Shown: positions 9,237-20,019 of the stretch, one piece after another
How positions within the stretch are numbered: the stretch's first letter is position 1
How the letters are laid out: every line of letters begins with the position of its first letter
DNA from: a virus
Reading direction: 5' to 3' (one strand)
Virus record (IMG/VR): IMGVR_UViG_3300032236_001530
Span: 1-64,000 of that record
DNA length: 64,000 nt
Position numbers and translations under genes: made by a program
Notes under the pieces: model-generated
What the model was told of the DNA's origin: nothing
Seen by the model: the letters and a program-made list of their open reading frames with translations, nothing else
Databases searched by the model: none

Positions 9237-9794
9237 TTAGCATAATATTGAATTTAATTTATAATCTCTAATTGCTAATTCTCTTTCTGCCTTTTCTTCC
9301 CAAATACGATAAGACGTATATTGAGAATCACCTGCCTTCCAAATACCCATCACATCAAACTCATGTGGATTGAAACCAGCTTTGGTTTCATTAAACATAA
9401 CATTGTAAGGAGTATAAATATTCTTTTTAAGACCTTTATACTTACCTTCTGTCTCTACTACATCACCAGGTAAAGTAGCACCTGAATAAGATATCTGACT
9501 TTCACCACACGGAACAAGGGTAATAATACCCTTATTCTTAATCAACTGAACATCTTCTGAACTTGCTGCCGCCCTCATTACACGAACTGATTGCTCAAGA
9601 AAATCAGGATCTGATTTATCCATATTATAAATCTGATAAGAAGCAGAAACATTAGAACCACCAAACATAAAGTAAGGTGCCTCCCAATTCATTCTACCTA
9701 AAAAATCCGTCTTACGATTATAAAAGAACAACCAGTCATGTAATAACTGATTATCATACAACCAAACAGAATATATTTTATAAATTAGATCCAT
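9237..9794 (-). CDS. C-tagged hypothetical protein
   Basis: Ends IRDYKLNSILC. Confidence 0.8.
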   Translation of the reverse strand: MDLIYKIYSVWLYDNQLLHDWLFFYNRKTDFLGRMNWEAPYFMFGGSNVSASYQIYNMDKSDPDFLEQSVRVMRAAASSEDVQLIKNKGIITLVPCGESQISYSGATLPGDVVETEGKYKGLKKNIYTPYNVMFNETKAGFNPHEFDVMGIWKAGDSQYTSYRIWEEKAERELAIRDYKLNSILC

Positions 9795-9978
9795 TGTCTA
9801 ATACCTTTTCGATTTTAGAATCTCTTGTTGACTTTATTCGTTCAAGTTCCATTTGGATTTTAATCAAAGTGACTTCATCACAGACTCTATCCATCTGATT
9901 ATAAACAGATTCAACACCCCGTATATATAACTCTTGTAGGAATGCTAATCTTTTTTCTTTCCTTTCTAAAGTATTCAT
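9778..9978 (-). CDS. C-tagged hypothetical protein
   Basis: TRDSKIEKVL near C-terminus; TATCTTTG upstream. Confidence 0.75.
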   Translation of the reverse strand: MNTLERKEKRLAFLQELYIRGVESVYNQMDRVCDEVTLIKIQMELERIKSTRDSKIEKVLDNGSNL

Positions 9979-10028
9979 TATAATATTTTTAGCAAAGATA
10001 AAGTATTTATTATCAATAAAAAAATAAT

Positions 10029-10673
10029 TTATAAAGATTTAAACATACTTATTGTTTTTATTGGGTCTTCTGTTGAAAAAACAGAATTACCAGCCACAAG
10101 TGCATCAGCACCTGTATCCATTAACAATTTAGCATTACTTAAATTAACACCACCATCTATTTCAATAATAGGATTGACCTTATTAATTTCTATTAAATAT
10201 TTTAATTGTTTTACTTTTTTATAGGTGTTGGTAATGAAACTCTGACCACCAAAGCCAGGATTTACCGACATAATCAAAACTAAATCAACAGCTGAAATAA
10301 TATCTTCTAAAGTATTAATTGGTGTGTGAGGATTAATAGCAACACCAGCTTTCATTCCAGCTGACTTAATAGCAGCAATAGTGCGATGTAAATGTGGTGA
10401 GCATTCGGAATGTATTGTTAAAATATCAGCACCTGCGTCTCTGAATTCATTGATCCATTTCTCTGGTTCAACTATCATAAGATGTGTGTCTAATGTTTTA
10501 TTGGTTAATTTTTTAATGGCTTTAAGTACGGGTAAGCCAAAAGATATGTTCGGTACGAATCTACCATCCATGATATCAATATGTAACCAATCGCATTCGG
10601 ATTGATTAAGCATTTCAATATCTCGCTGTAGATTAGCGAAATCTGCGGATAAAACTGAAGGTGATAGTATCAT
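10029..10673 (-). CDS. rpe: Ribulose-phosphate 3-epimerase
   Basis: SPSVLSADF, HIDIMDGRFVPN, MSVNPGFGGQ, IDGGV motifs. Confidence 0.97.
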   Translation of the reverse strand: MILSPSVLSADFANLQRDIEMLNQSECDWLHIDIMDGRFVPNISFGLPVLKAIKKLTNKTLDTHLMIVEPEKWINEFRDAGADILTIHSECSPHLHRTIAAIKSAGMKAGVAINPHTPINTLEDIISAVDLVLIMSVNPGFGGQSFITNTYKKVKQLKYLIEINKVNPIIEIDGGVNLSNAKLLMDTGADALVAGNSVFSTEDPIKTISMFKSL

Positions 10674-10702
10674 ATGAGTTATATAATAATGTATATGATT
10701 GT

Positions 10703-11461
10703 TTAAATTAAAGACTTAATATTTAATTTTTCATCTTGACTTTGTAACCAAGTATTTACTCTTTTACGATAAGACATATGAATATCAGCTTTTTCAATTT
10801 CTTCTTGAGCTTCTTTTAATTCTTTATCATACTTACCAGGTGTGGATTGTTTATATAACTCAATTAAACGCTTATTTATTGATATCATTTCTTCATCACT
10901 ACCATTACTAATATACTCAATTGATTGTTTTAAGCACTTAGCAATTGTAAGATTTTTTTCATACCAACCTCTACCTTTAACCCAAGCAATTTCATCAGGT
11001 GTTAAAACAATATCTTTTTCTTGGTAAAAATCATCTAAAGCTAACATTTCTTTCAAAGCTTTATTGTTACGAGTCAACCACTCAGAGTAATCTTTCATAA
11101 CTTCTGGATTTTGTAAATAAGTAAGAAGACCTGGCTCAAGTAAACCTTTATTTTCTAAAGTCACTAATCCTAAATACAATCTAACAAAATGTAAGTACCT
11201 TCCTTTATGACGATTATAATCACCATCAGTTCCTTCATCTTCCCACACATTATATCCTTTTGTAGGCATATAAAAAATGTTTGACTCTGGGTGTCCGATT
11301 GACCCACCGGTGTGACAATCTTTAACCAAACCTTCTTGGATAAGTTCATCAAGATATTGGGCATATTCACTTGATTTTACTTTGACAATTCCGGATAATC
11401 CTTGACCACTTTGTTTTTGAATTCTGATTAGACTTTTATAAACTTCTGATTTTGTTACCAT
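10703..11461 (-). CDS. Hypothetical protein (start revised to MVTKS)
   Basis: Long ORF; N-terminus is wHTH-like (LDELIQEGLV). Confidence 0.75.
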   Translation of the reverse strand: MVTKSEVYKSLIRIQKQSGQGLSGIVKVKSSEYAQYLDELIQEGLVKDCHTGGSIGHPESNIFYMPTKGYNVWEDEGTDGDYNRHKGRYLHFVRLYLGLVTLENKGLLEPGLLTYLQNPEVMKDYSEWLTRNNKALKEMLALDDFYQEKDIVLTPDEIAWVKGRGWYEKNLTIAKCLKQSIEYISNGSDEEMISINKRLIELYKQSTPGKYDKELKEAQEEIEKADIHMSYRKRVNTWLQSQDEKLNIKSLI

Positions 11462-11474
11462 TGATATATTTGTT

Positions 11475-11963
11475 TTATTTATTATAAAATATTCTAGCAC
11501 TTATTACATCACAGCAATGACAAAATGCTGCTAAAGGTGACATAACTCTTTCATCTTTTTTATAATCATCACCTTCACCGTGAATATACTTTAGTGCTAA
11601 CTTTTGATCGTTATTTAGTTGGATATTGAAGTGTTTAATTAATTCGGCTCTTATATCATTATCATTTCTAGGCATGGTTGAAAAGAACCAAGGGTATTCT
11701 GATTGAGAATATTTAATAGGCTTTTCTATATCGTGTAGAAAAAGCACTAAGATAGCATCTGATAAATCAATAGGTGGTTTTAATTGAGCATATAAAATAG
11801 TGGCATATTCCATAGTATTTTTAATATGGTCAAAATAGCCACCTTTCCAATTCTGGTGGTTATGTGATGAACCTTTAGCATCAGGGTAGTTATCTAAAAA
11901 GAATTGCCACATCTGTTTACAAGATTCTTTATTATTATCATTAATAAGCTCTAAGTAATTCAT
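11475..11963 (-). CDS. HD-domain phosphohydrolase
   Basis: HQNWKGGYFDH, LHDIEK, H…D motifs. Confidence 0.85.
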   Translation of the reverse strand: MNYLELINDNNKESCKQMWQFFLDNYPDAKGSSHNHQNWKGGYFDHIKNTMEYATILYAQLKPPIDLSDAILVLFLHDIEKPIKYSQSEYPWFFSTMPRNDNDIRAELIKHFNIQLNNDQKLALKYIHGEGDDYKKDERVMSPLAAFCHCCDVISARIFYNK

Positions 11964-11969
11964 ATCTAT

Positions 11970-12215
11970 TTATAAAATTTCAATTACATCTTGTAAGCAC
12001 AATTTAATAAGACTTGCTTTGATTTCAGAATCAGGTAGTTTTTGTACTTCGGCTAACATCTTTAAATTTCTATCTTTATCCGCATTAGCATCTGATATTA
12101 CACTATCTGAGATACTACTTAGATCTCTGAAATATTTGTTATAACTAATGGATTCATAGTCATCTGGATCCGCATTAGATATTAATTTGTTGATTAAATT
12201 TAATGTACTTGTCAT
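11970..12215 (-). CDS. Hypothetical protein
   Basis: ORF; TATCTTTG upstream. Confidence 0.7.
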   Translation of the reverse strand: MTSTLNLINKLISNADPDDYESISYNKYFRDLSSISDSVISDANADKDRNLKMLAEVQKLPDSEIKASLIKLCLQDVIEIL

Positions 12216-12302
12216 TTTAAGATTTTTTAATTTAATTTATTATCATGATTTAGATACAAAGATAAAAAAGGTATTTGATATAACAAAATTAATATATAAA
12301 AT

Positions 12303-12602
12303 ATGAAACATCTAAAAAAATATAATGAAAACAAATCATCTTATAGATTAACTATAGTTGATTTTACTGGAGGTGGTGACGGTGTTACTGCTCTTTATGT
12401 TAATGGCGAATTAGAAAAATATGGTGATTACTACCACGATAAAATTGATGAGTGGATTGAAGGATTTGAAGCCGGTGTTAAAATGACTGGTGCTTTTGTA
12501 GAAGTTGAAAAAGAAGAGTGTAAAGACGCTGATATGATTGAAGCCATATCTGAGTTGGCAGATACACCACCACAATCAATACACGATGTTAGAGGAATAT
12601 GA
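12303..12602 (+). CDS. N-tagged hypothetical protein
   Basis: MKHLKKYNEN; TAATATATA upstream. Confidence 0.85.
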   Translation: MKHLKKYNENKSSYRLTIVDFTGGGDGVTALYVNGELEKYGDYYHDKIDEWIEGFEAGVKMTGAFVEVEKEECKDADMIEAISELADTPPQSIHDVRGI

Positions 12603-13015
12603 AATACTTAAAAACATATAAAATATTTGAATCTAGTAAAGATGCTTATCATGATTTAATGATGGTTCTAAATGATTTATTTGATGAATGGGGTATTATA
12701 TCATATTCTAATGAAAGATTTGGAGATGATGTTGAAGATTATCCTGAACATAAATTCTGGGCATTTAGAGATGGTAGTGGTGATATTATGACTAACAATA
12801 TAGACTCAATAAAAGATGTTAAAGATATAGTTATTTACAATATATCAACTAATGATAAAGATAAATTCATGAGTGACTTAATAAGTTATAAGGAACAAAT
12901 AGAAAAGGTAACTGGTAAAAAGCTTCAAATACAAGAAGAAGAAGTTAATAACTTATTTAATGATTATATACTCAGATTATGGGATTCATACAAGAAAACA
13001 ATAATTCAGTTATAA
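12599..13015 (+). CDS. N-tagged family protein
   Basis: MKYLKTYKIFES. Confidence 0.85.
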   Translation: MKYLKTYKIFESSKDAYHDLMMVLNDLFDEWGIISYSNERFGDDVEDYPEHKFWAFRDGSGDIMTNNIDSIKDVKDIVIYNISTNDKDKFMSDLISYKEQIEKVTGKKLQIQEEEVNNLFNDYILRLWDSYKKTIIQL

Positions 13016-13017
13016 GT

Positions 13018-13440
13018 ATGAGATACTTGAAAACATATAAAATATTTGAATCATCACATGATGAAATGATGAATGTTCGTTATGGTGCTGATGTAGTGCA
13101 AGAATGTGATTCCGTCATTGCTGATATCAAAGATATGTTATTAGAATTAACAGACGTTGGTCTTCACACTTCAGTTGGTTATACACCAATGACATTAGCA
13201 TATCAAGAAAAAACACCTAAAATATGTGTTGAGATATCAACTTATGTTGGTGTAATAACCGCAAGGACAAGGGTTCATACTGCTGGTAAATTTTTAAAAG
13301 GTGATACCGATTACACATCAGAAGTTAGAGAAACTATTGAAAGAATAAAAGAATATGTTAAGTCAAGAGGTTATCTTAAAGGTGATGGTGAGTGGGAAAG
13401 TAATCACAGACAGATATATCAAATGCTAATACAAAAATGA
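13018..13440 (+). CDS. N-tagged family protein (start revised)
   Basis: MRYLKTYKIFES; DIKDMLLELTDVG…ERIKEY. Confidence 0.85.
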   Translation: MRYLKTYKIFESSHDEMMNVRYGADVVQECDSVIADIKDMLLELTDVGLHTSVGYTPMTLAYQEKTPKICVEISTYVGVITARTRVHTAGKFLKGDTDYTSEVRETIERIKEYVKSRGYLKGDGEWESNHRQIYQMLIQK

Positions 13441-14246
13441 GATACTTAAAAACATATAAAATATTTGAATCAACAATATCTAAAACAGAGTTGGTTAACA
13501 AAATTAGATACTATTCTAATTGGTTACATAACTATATGAAAGATGTTAATAAGTACACTACTAGTAATCTTAACTTTGGTTTTTCTTTCAATACTGAATT
13601 AGAGATAAACCAAATATTTAGTGTTACTAATGAATTAAATGACGATTCATCGGATGGTTTGATTACCGCTATCGCAAATGAGTTTATTACATGGTCTAAA
13701 TATTTCACAGAAAATAGATGGGGTTATAGAAAAGAAGATATTATCCGTAGAGGAATGTTTCATGAGTTATTACCTGAAAGTAATATCTACTTTTTTACAG
13801 ACTATGATAACTATACAGATGAATATAAGACAAAGAATAAATATGTTTTGTACACGCAAGAATTAAATCATGATTTATATGTTTATGTTGGTTTAACTAT
13901 TCAAAGATTAATTTCAGGAACTATTTGGGATATTCCTGGAAAGAAACAATTTACAGATATTGATAAAGATTTTATTTTAGATAGTTTAAGATCTGATTAT
14001 GATTTAGATGAAAGTTATATTCTAAAAGCATCTGCTATGATAGATTCTTATAAATTGATACAGAGAAAAGTATCACAAAACAGAGGAATATCTATTAGAT
14101 TACCTTTAATTGGCGAAAGATGGAAACATATTGTAATAGACAACAATTCAGATTTTATGTATAGACTACAATCTTATTTTAATGGTGCTATTTTAATACC
14201 ATCATACTATGATTATTATAAAATATATTTACCATTTTATAAATAA
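13437..14246 (+). CDS. N-tagged hypothetical protein
   Basis: MRYLKTYKIFES. Confidence 0.85.
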   Translation: MRYLKTYKIFESTISKTELVNKIRYYSNWLHNYMKDVNKYTTSNLNFGFSFNTELEINQIFSVTNELNDDSSDGLITAIANEFITWSKYFTENRWGYRKEDIIRRGMFHELLPESNIYFFTDYDNYTDEYKTKNKYVLYTQELNHDLYVYVGLTIQRLISGTIWDIPGKKQFTDIDKDFILDSLRSDYDLDESYILKASAMIDSYKLIQRKVSQNRGISIRLPLIGERWKHIVIDNNSDFMYRLQSYFNGAILIPSYYDYYKIYLPFYK

Positions 14247-14283
14247 AGTACTTATTAATTTAAGAAAGATTAATATATAAAAC

Positions 14284-15378
14284 ATGCCAACTACAAGATT
14301 ATTCGCATATAATTCAGGGTCACCTATTTCTGGTGCAAGTCAGTCTGGAAACTTAGCTATATCAAACTCTTATATTAGTGGTTATAATTGGTGGGTTGGA
14401 CCAGATGAATCTTTAGGTTATGTAATTGCTCATACTGATACCAACACCGGTGTAAGAACCGAAAGAAATCACGCTGCTGTTATAGGTGTCAATGCTGTTG
14501 GCTTTTGGAGAACAGCAACTCAATCAGATTCAGCTTTTCTAACTATGTTTAATAACATATTCAATCAAAACTATGCTACAGCTTCTACTGCTGCCGACTG
14601 GTTGAATAATAATGGTTATTGGACTTCTTATTCAACATCAAGTACATTAGGAACAATAGGTAATCCAGCTGTAAGTGCTCAAGCTATTTATAATTCAGGA
14701 CAAACAACAAGTGGATGGTATTATATTAAAACTTCTAATATGGCTTCTGCTAGACAGATATATTGTAATATGACTGACCAAGGTGGTGGTTGGATGTTAA
14801 TGACTTATAATCCAAATGCTAGTTTAGGTCTTGGTACTCCTTATCCAAATCAATGGTTGGGTGGTACTGGATCATTCACCGCATCAGTTTCAATTGATGC
14901 TAGACAAGTTTGGTATCATAATGGAACTGCTCAATGTACTCAAGTTATGAAGATGGCTTCAACAGCTACCGCTTCTTTAATACCTTTACTTTCTAATGTT
15001 ATAATTGCTAATAAAGTAGTTTATACCAATCCAAGTAACTTACAATTAACAGCTACCTTCTCATCAGGAAGTGCTGTATTTGCTAATAATACACCTATGT
15101 CTGGTACTTGGTCCGCTATTAAAGGTCATACTCAAATGACTGGTCCACTAAATGTAAATGCTCCTGGTGATTGGGTTTATGCAACAACTGGACAATGGTG
15201 GACCGTCTGTGGACCATCTACGGCTTATCCAGATTCTCAAGGTAGAAGTGGTAATGCTCAAGGTTCTGGTTCTTGGGTAAATAATAATAATGCTAGTATA
15301 TATGGTATGGTTGATGTTGCTACAAGCGGTAACTCACTTAGTGCTACTATTAAAACCTATGCTGTTTTTATTAAATAA
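14284..15378 (+). CDS. Putative virion fibre/adhesin with fibrinogen-like domain
   Basis: SGWYYIK…IYCNMTDQGGGWML; N-terminal domain shared with 25471 ORF. Confidence 0.7.
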   Translation: MPTTRLFAYNSGSPISGASQSGNLAISNSYISGYNWWVGPDESLGYVIAHTDTNTGVRTERNHAAVIGVNAVGFWRTATQSDSAFLTMFNNIFNQNYATASTAADWLNNNGYWTSYSTSSTLGTIGNPAVSAQAIYNSGQTTSGWYYIKTSNMASARQIYCNMTDQGGGWMLMTYNPNASLGLGTPYPNQWLGGTGSFTASVSIDARQVWYHNGTAQCTQVMKMASTATASLIPLLSNVIIANKVVYTNPSNLQLTATFSSGSAVFANNTPMSGTWSAIKGHTQMTGPLNVNAPGDWVYATTGQWWTVCGPSTAYPDSQGRSGNAQGSGSWVNNNNASIYGMVDVATSGNSLSATIKTYAVFIK

Positions 15379-15388
15379 TTAATTATAT

Positions 15389-15586
15389 ATGGAAAATCTA
15401 AATAAAGTAAACGATACAGATTACACACCAATTAAAGGTGATAATGTTGTTTTAAATGGTAGATTGGGTTATTTACTAGATAACGATTTTAATCAAATAT
15501 TTTGGACTGATACAGAAGAAATTGAAGATTGGTCAGGTGGTTGGTTATCATTTTTAGACGCTGGTGGTCATTTACTTTTAATTTAA
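15389..15586 (+). CDS. Small hypothetical protein (possible fibre chaperone)
   Basis: Directly follows the fibre-like gene. Confidence 0.6.
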   Translation: MENLNKVNDTDYTPIKGDNVVLNGRLGYLLDNDFNQIFWTDTEEIEDWSGGWLSFLDAGGHLLLI

Positions 15587-16068
15587 ATACCCAACTCATC
15601 TAAAGCTTCTCTACGACTCATATAAGCATTAAATCCTGATCTGAATTCAGGACGAGACATTAAGTGATGATATAAAGAATCAGCATCAACTCTAAATATT
15701 GTATTAGGAAATGTTTCTGTATAGGTAGTTACCCTTGATAAAGAATCCCACTTACTAGTATTCTTTTTAATACACTTAACTACAATAGATTTTTGGTTCT
15801 TTTTTACAAACTCAATAATATCACCACTAATAAAATTAGGTCTATTAAATTCTTTAGAACCTGTTTGTACACCAGTTAGATAAGCATATCCATTAAAAGT
15901 ATAAGTACTACCAATCTCAATGTAATCCATAAGCATTGCTCTTTGTTTACTTTCTTTTATTTCCTCTAATCGAGCATTAGCTTTTAACAACTCAGATGAT
16001 TGATTTTGTAGTTGTTTAACCGTCTCAAGATTAGTATTTATTTGTGCTATTATTTGTGCTATTCTCAT
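15583..16068 (-). CDS. C-tagged hypothetical protein
   Basis: Ends RREALDELGI. Confidence 0.8.
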   Translation of the reverse strand: MRIAQIIAQINTNLETVKQLQNQSSELLKANARLEEIKESKQRAMLMDYIEIGSTYTFNGYAYLTGVQTGSKEFNRPNFISGDIIEFVKKNQKSIVVKCIKKNTSKWDSLSRVTTYTETFPNTIFRVDADSLYHHLMSRPEFRSGFNAYMSRREALDELGI

Positions 16069-16138
16069 ATTTTATTTTATATACAAAGATAGTAAAAGAT
16101 ATTAAATATATACACATGATTAAAAATAATTATTATTA

Positions 16139-17908
16139 ATGCCTACACCTACATTTGATTTCTACCAACGAGCTTATGCTATAAACCAAGCATGGGGTGA
16201 TACCACTAAAATTAGTTTAAGTAGTATTAAGATGGGTGGTACGGGTAATTTAGCTTATCAAGTTACAAAAACTTTTTATGCTGATGCTGCATCAAATAGT
16301 CCAAACTATAATATGATAGCTGGACCAAATTATTACAATAATAACTTCCAATATAACTCAGCTGGTCATACACATAGTGCTTCTTATTTACAATTTACAA
16401 ATGTTGGAAAGCCGGTTCCAGTAGCTGATAGTTTTTTTCAACAACCGTGGGACCAAACATCTAGACCATCCGCTTTAGGTGATTTTTATAGTAGTAATCT
16501 TTTTGGTGATTTAAGAGATGGTTCTTGGGTTGAAACTGGTAGTGATCCAAATATGAGTGGTCAGAATATAATCAATGTTTACAATATTAATGGTTCGAGT
16601 GGTCATATAGACTGGATATCCACTATTATTACCGGTTGTCCTTTTACTGCTGATTGTGCAAACACTAGATTATTTACACATCCAACTTTTAATAGTAATA
16701 GTGTCCCTGGTTACTCATATCCATCAAGTTTATCATTAATAGCTTATTTTGCTTGGGATGGTAGTGGTCAATTATACTACGAGCTATTTGGTTTTGATTA
16801 TACAGGTAATTCTTTGTACTCATTAACTAATTTAAATTTGCCTTTTTATGATGAGTTTCAATACCAAGGAAAACATGATATTTTTTTCTTACCAAATAGT
16901 ATGAATGGTTGTTTATTGATTTGGGGTCCTAATGCTGGTGGTCATCCTCAGATTTACGAAATCGACCTAAATGGTAGTATAATTAACAATGCTGATGCTG
17001 ATGCTGTTAGTTACTCATACGCACTAGATGTAATTTGCTGGGGTGATAATCACAGTTCGCTTATTTGGACAGCAGTTAGTAGTAGCACTAATCAGATAAA
17101 TAGTACATTAGCTTCTCATTGTAATTTATTTGATTGTGATTGTAATGATTATATTGAGGGTATTAATGGTCCACATAATGACACTTTCTATTTTGGAGAT
17201 GATCAAACAACTCATGGTTATATATATGGTTGGGCGATTAGTGTTGACGGTGGGGGTAATATAATAGGGGCTATTTCAGAGAGAAATTCACTTAGTGGTT
17301 TAAGTCTACCTGTGCTTAAAAGAGTTGTTGCAATTGCTCCATTTTCAATGGTTATTGGTGGTGATGGAATACACACCACAACACAAGTACTAGCAAGAAT
17401 ATCGTGCAAAAATAGTTGGTATACAGCAGTAAGATCTGGTAGTACTAATTGTTATGCTTATCCTACTACTTCACATCATACAGACTTTTTAGCTATGGAT
17501 CATAGCTATTGTCGTGATATTTATGGTGGTTATGACTCAACTGGTTTTTATACTTCTGGTCGTGAAACTGGATTACCTGTTGGTGCTGGTAATCAACATA
17601 TATTTAGTATAGATTCTGGGTTGAATAATTACTTTTTTTCAAATAACTATGTGAGTCAATATCAAAACCAAAACCAAACCGCCGTATCATATTCCTCTAT
17701 ACAAAATAACCTAATTTATTTAGGTCCTGCAAATTGGACTAATTCCAGTGGGTTGTCTTATGTTTATCTATCAATAACTAGTGGTGGTGCCGCATACCCT
17801 TTTAGTACACCCGCTGGTGCATCACCAGGTGTTGGTACAGGTGTTAGTTTTGTGGCTAGTTTTACAGCGAACGCTGGAGTTTTATTACTAACATTCTTTT
17901 ATGGTTAA
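16139..17908 (+). CDS. Large Gly/Ser/Asn-rich putative virion structural protein
   Basis: 589 aa, beta-rich composition, AATATATA upstream. Confidence 0.7.
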   Translation: MPTPTFDFYQRAYAINQAWGDTTKISLSSIKMGGTGNLAYQVTKTFYADAASNSPNYNMIAGPNYYNNNFQYNSAGHTHSASYLQFTNVGKPVPVADSFFQQPWDQTSRPSALGDFYSSNLFGDLRDGSWVETGSDPNMSGQNIINVYNINGSSGHIDWISTIITGCPFTADCANTRLFTHPTFNSNSVPGYSYPSSLSLIAYFAWDGSGQLYYELFGFDYTGNSLYSLTNLNLPFYDEFQYQGKHDIFFLPNSMNGCLLIWGPNAGGHPQIYEIDLNGSIINNADADAVSYSYALDVICWGDNHSSLIWTAVSSSTNQINSTLASHCNLFDCDCNDYIEGINGPHNDTFYFGDDQTTHGYIYGWAISVDGGGNIIGAISERNSLSGLSLPVLKRVVAIAPFSMVIGGDGIHTTTQVLARISCKNSWYTAVRSGSTNCYAYPTTSHHTDFLAMDHSYCRDIYGGYDSTGFYTSGRETGLPVGAGNQHIFSIDSGLNNYFFSNNYVSQYQNQNQTAVSYSSIQNNLIYLGPANWTNSSGLSYVYLSITSGGAAYPFSTPAGASPGVGTGVSFVASFTANAGVLLLTFFYG

Positions 17909-18396
17909 AATAATAACTTTCCAATTCTTTTAGCCTTTTCTACAAACTCTTGATAAGTACCATTATTCTCAATAACAATATCAGCATCTGATTTGTTTAT
18001 ATTAAATGATGTAGTTGGTTCCGAAGGTAGTCTATCAGAAGCATCTACCCAGATAATTAAATCAAATAACCCCTGTTTAACACATTCATCAAACTCCATT
18101 TTATCTCTCATACCAACATAACAATCAGTACGGCTTAAAATATCTTGAGCCAATCTAGCACGATTATCTTTATTATAATCACAAATGGCTAAGTACCATT
18201 CATCGCGATGATTAACACGATCGTTAAAGCATTCGTCTGGTGTTTTATAACCATACTTGTCTTTTAACTGATCATATAAAAAGAAATCAACTGATGCTTG
18301 TGAAGAAGACATAAAGGTTAAGCCAAAATGTTCTTGGAACAATTCAGCCAAAGTGTCTTTACCATGACGTGCATTCCCTAAGATTAATATTTTCAT
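17905..18396 (-). CDS. Deoxynucleoside monophosphate kinase-like P-loop protein
   Basis: ILILGNARHGKDT; D-x-x-I-x-N-N-G-T C-terminal motif. Confidence 0.75.
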   Translation of the reverse strand: MKILILGNARHGKDTLAELFQEHFGLTFMSSSQASVDFFLYDQLKDKYGYKTPDECFNDRVNHRDEWYLAICDYNKDNRARLAQDILSRTDCYVGMRDKMEFDECVKQGLFDLIIWVDASDRLPSEPTTSFNINKSDADIVIENNGTYQEFVEKAKRIGKLLF

Positions 18397-18779
18397 TGTA
18401 TAATTTCGTTTAACTTTTCTTGCCTAGTATAGCCAATTGGAAGTCTAGCTCCAAATCCACTTCTAATATCTTTTAAATTTTGCTCATGTGATTTTAAATA
18501 CTCAATCGCATCTGAAAAATATTCATAATGAGCTTTTGTTATATTGTCGTTTGATATATGAATATTAATATATTGGTAGTAATCATCTTCAATTAAGAAG
18601 TGTGTATTATTTTTCTTATAAGTAATTTTAGAGGAATATTTACCATCCCATATAATAAGTGATATACCTTCATTACCAAGCGGATTATCCTTTTTGGGTT
18701 TATCAGTATAATCATATTTAGTTACTTTAGAAAAACGAGTCAATATCTGATATCCGTAATCTGGATTTAGTATGTCCAT
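18393..18779 (-). CDS. C-tagged hypothetical protein
   Basis: Ends TRQEKLNEIIQ. Confidence 0.8.
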   Translation of the reverse strand: MDILNPDYGYQILTRFSKVTKYDYTDKPKKDNPLGNEGISLIIWDGKYSSKITYKKNNTHFLIEDDYYQYINIHISNDNITKAHYEYFSDAIEYLKSHEQNLKDIRSGFGARLPIGYTRQEKLNEIIQ

Positions 18780-18982
18780 TAGTTTAATATTTTATTAATT
18801 TTTCTATCTCTTAATTCATCAACAGGTATAATTTCTTCACAATGGTTTTTTGGTACTTCAATTACATAAGTGCCATAAACAGAAGAGTGTACGCCTTTGT
18901 AGGTGTTCTCTTTTTCTTCACAATCTTGTATTACAGAACCTTCCCAAAGTCCGTGGTATTCTTTAATAACTCTTACATTCAT
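18779..18982 (-). CDS. C-tagged hypothetical protein (start revised to MNVRV)
   Basis: Ends LRDRKINKILN. Confidence 0.8.
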   Translation of the reverse strand: MNVRVIKEYHGLWEGSVIQDCEEKENTYKGVHSSVYGTYVIEVPKNHCEEIIPVDELRDRKINKILN

Positions 18983-19060
18983 ACAAGCAAAGATATAAAA
19001 TATATTGATTTTTTCCAATTGTATAGGTATAAAAATAATATATAAAAATAAAAAGTAAAA

Positions 19061-19276
19061 ATGACTATAACAGAATTACAAACTAATTTACAAAGTGCTA
19101 CATTAAGAGGTGGTGGAAGCTACACAATAACATCTATTGAATGTAATCTTTCAGGAATTCCTATGAAAGTTGTTGGTAAAATAGGCACAGCTGATGCTTC
19201 ATGGAATGTGAATGGTTTATATATTACTAACACGCAAGATAGAACCAAAGATCTTATTATTGTACATACTACTTAA
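19061..19276 (+). CDS. Hypothetical protein
   Basis: ORF with TAATATATA upstream. Confidence 0.7.
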   Translation: MTITELQTNLQSATLRGGGSYTITSIECNLSGIPMKVVGKIGTADASWNVNGLYITNTQDRTKDLIIVHTT

Positions 19277-19294
19277 TATCATTTACTCTTGCAT

Positions 19295-19480
19295 TTAATT
19301 TATTTTATAATGATAAATCTTTAATGAGTCTACTAAAGTAGAATCTGGATGATTTATTGCTGCTTCTATTGAATCTGCTCTATCTGTTTCAATTGATTTT
19401 TTAACACTATATTTATACAAGCTATAGTAAAATAAAGATAAAACAGCTAACATAACAACTATTAATAGCTTAACTTTCAT
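19295..19480 (-). CDS. Small membrane-anchored protein
   Basis: N-terminal TM helix. Confidence 0.65.
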   Translation of the reverse strand: MKVKLLIVVMLAVLSLFYYSLYKYSVKKSIETDRADSIEAAINHPDSTLVDSLKIYHYKIN

Positions 19481-19525
19481 ATATTATTTAAATTTTTTAT
19501 CTACTTGGTAAATCCAAATAGGTAA

Positions 19526-19741
19526 TTAGTGCCTATGACCACCATAACCACCATGATATCCGCCACCTGGACGAGCGTATCCTGGGCGACCATAATATCC
19601 ATAATGAGGCATTGGTCTATAAAGAGGCATTGGTCTGTACCCATAGACTGGACGGTGATAATTATATGCGTAAGGCTCAATCATACAAGATTGTAAACTT
19701 AACAATAAAATCATTGACAATAGGAAAATTAACTTTTTCAT
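19526..19741 (-). CDS. Small lipoprotein with Tyr/Arg/Pro/Gly-rich tail (start revised)
   Basis: MKKLIFLLSMILLLSLQS|C; YRPMP repeats, GGYHGGYGGHRH. Confidence 0.75.
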   Translation of the reverse strand: MKKLIFLLSMILLLSLQSCMIEPYAYNYHRPVYGYRPMPLYRPMPHYGYYGRPGYARPGGGYHGGYGGHRH

Positions 19742-19770
19742 AGGATTTTTATTTTTATATATTAAAATTT

Positions 19771-20019
19771 TTATAATAAATCTTCTAATCTTTTTTCTCT
19801 CCACTCCTGTAGTGAAACAAATGCTTCTAATGGGTAAATATATTCGCTATTAATATCATCACCCCAAACTATACATCTTTTAAATTTTGGATTTTCATCC
19901 ATCTCATCTCCTTCTGGTACCGGTGTAGGTAATACAGAAATACTATATTGCTTACCAATAGTAAGATTACTAACGGTACCACCAACAACATTTAACTTCT
20001 TAACACAAATAACTATCAT
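19771..20019 (-). CDS. C-tagged small beta-barrel-like protein
   Basis: MIVICV…LTIGKQY; ends WREKRLEDLL. Confidence 0.8.
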   Translation of the reverse strand: MIVICVKKLNVVGGTVSNLTIGKQYSISVLPTPVPEGDEMDENPKFKRCIVWGDDINSEYIYPLEAFVSLQEWREKRLEDLL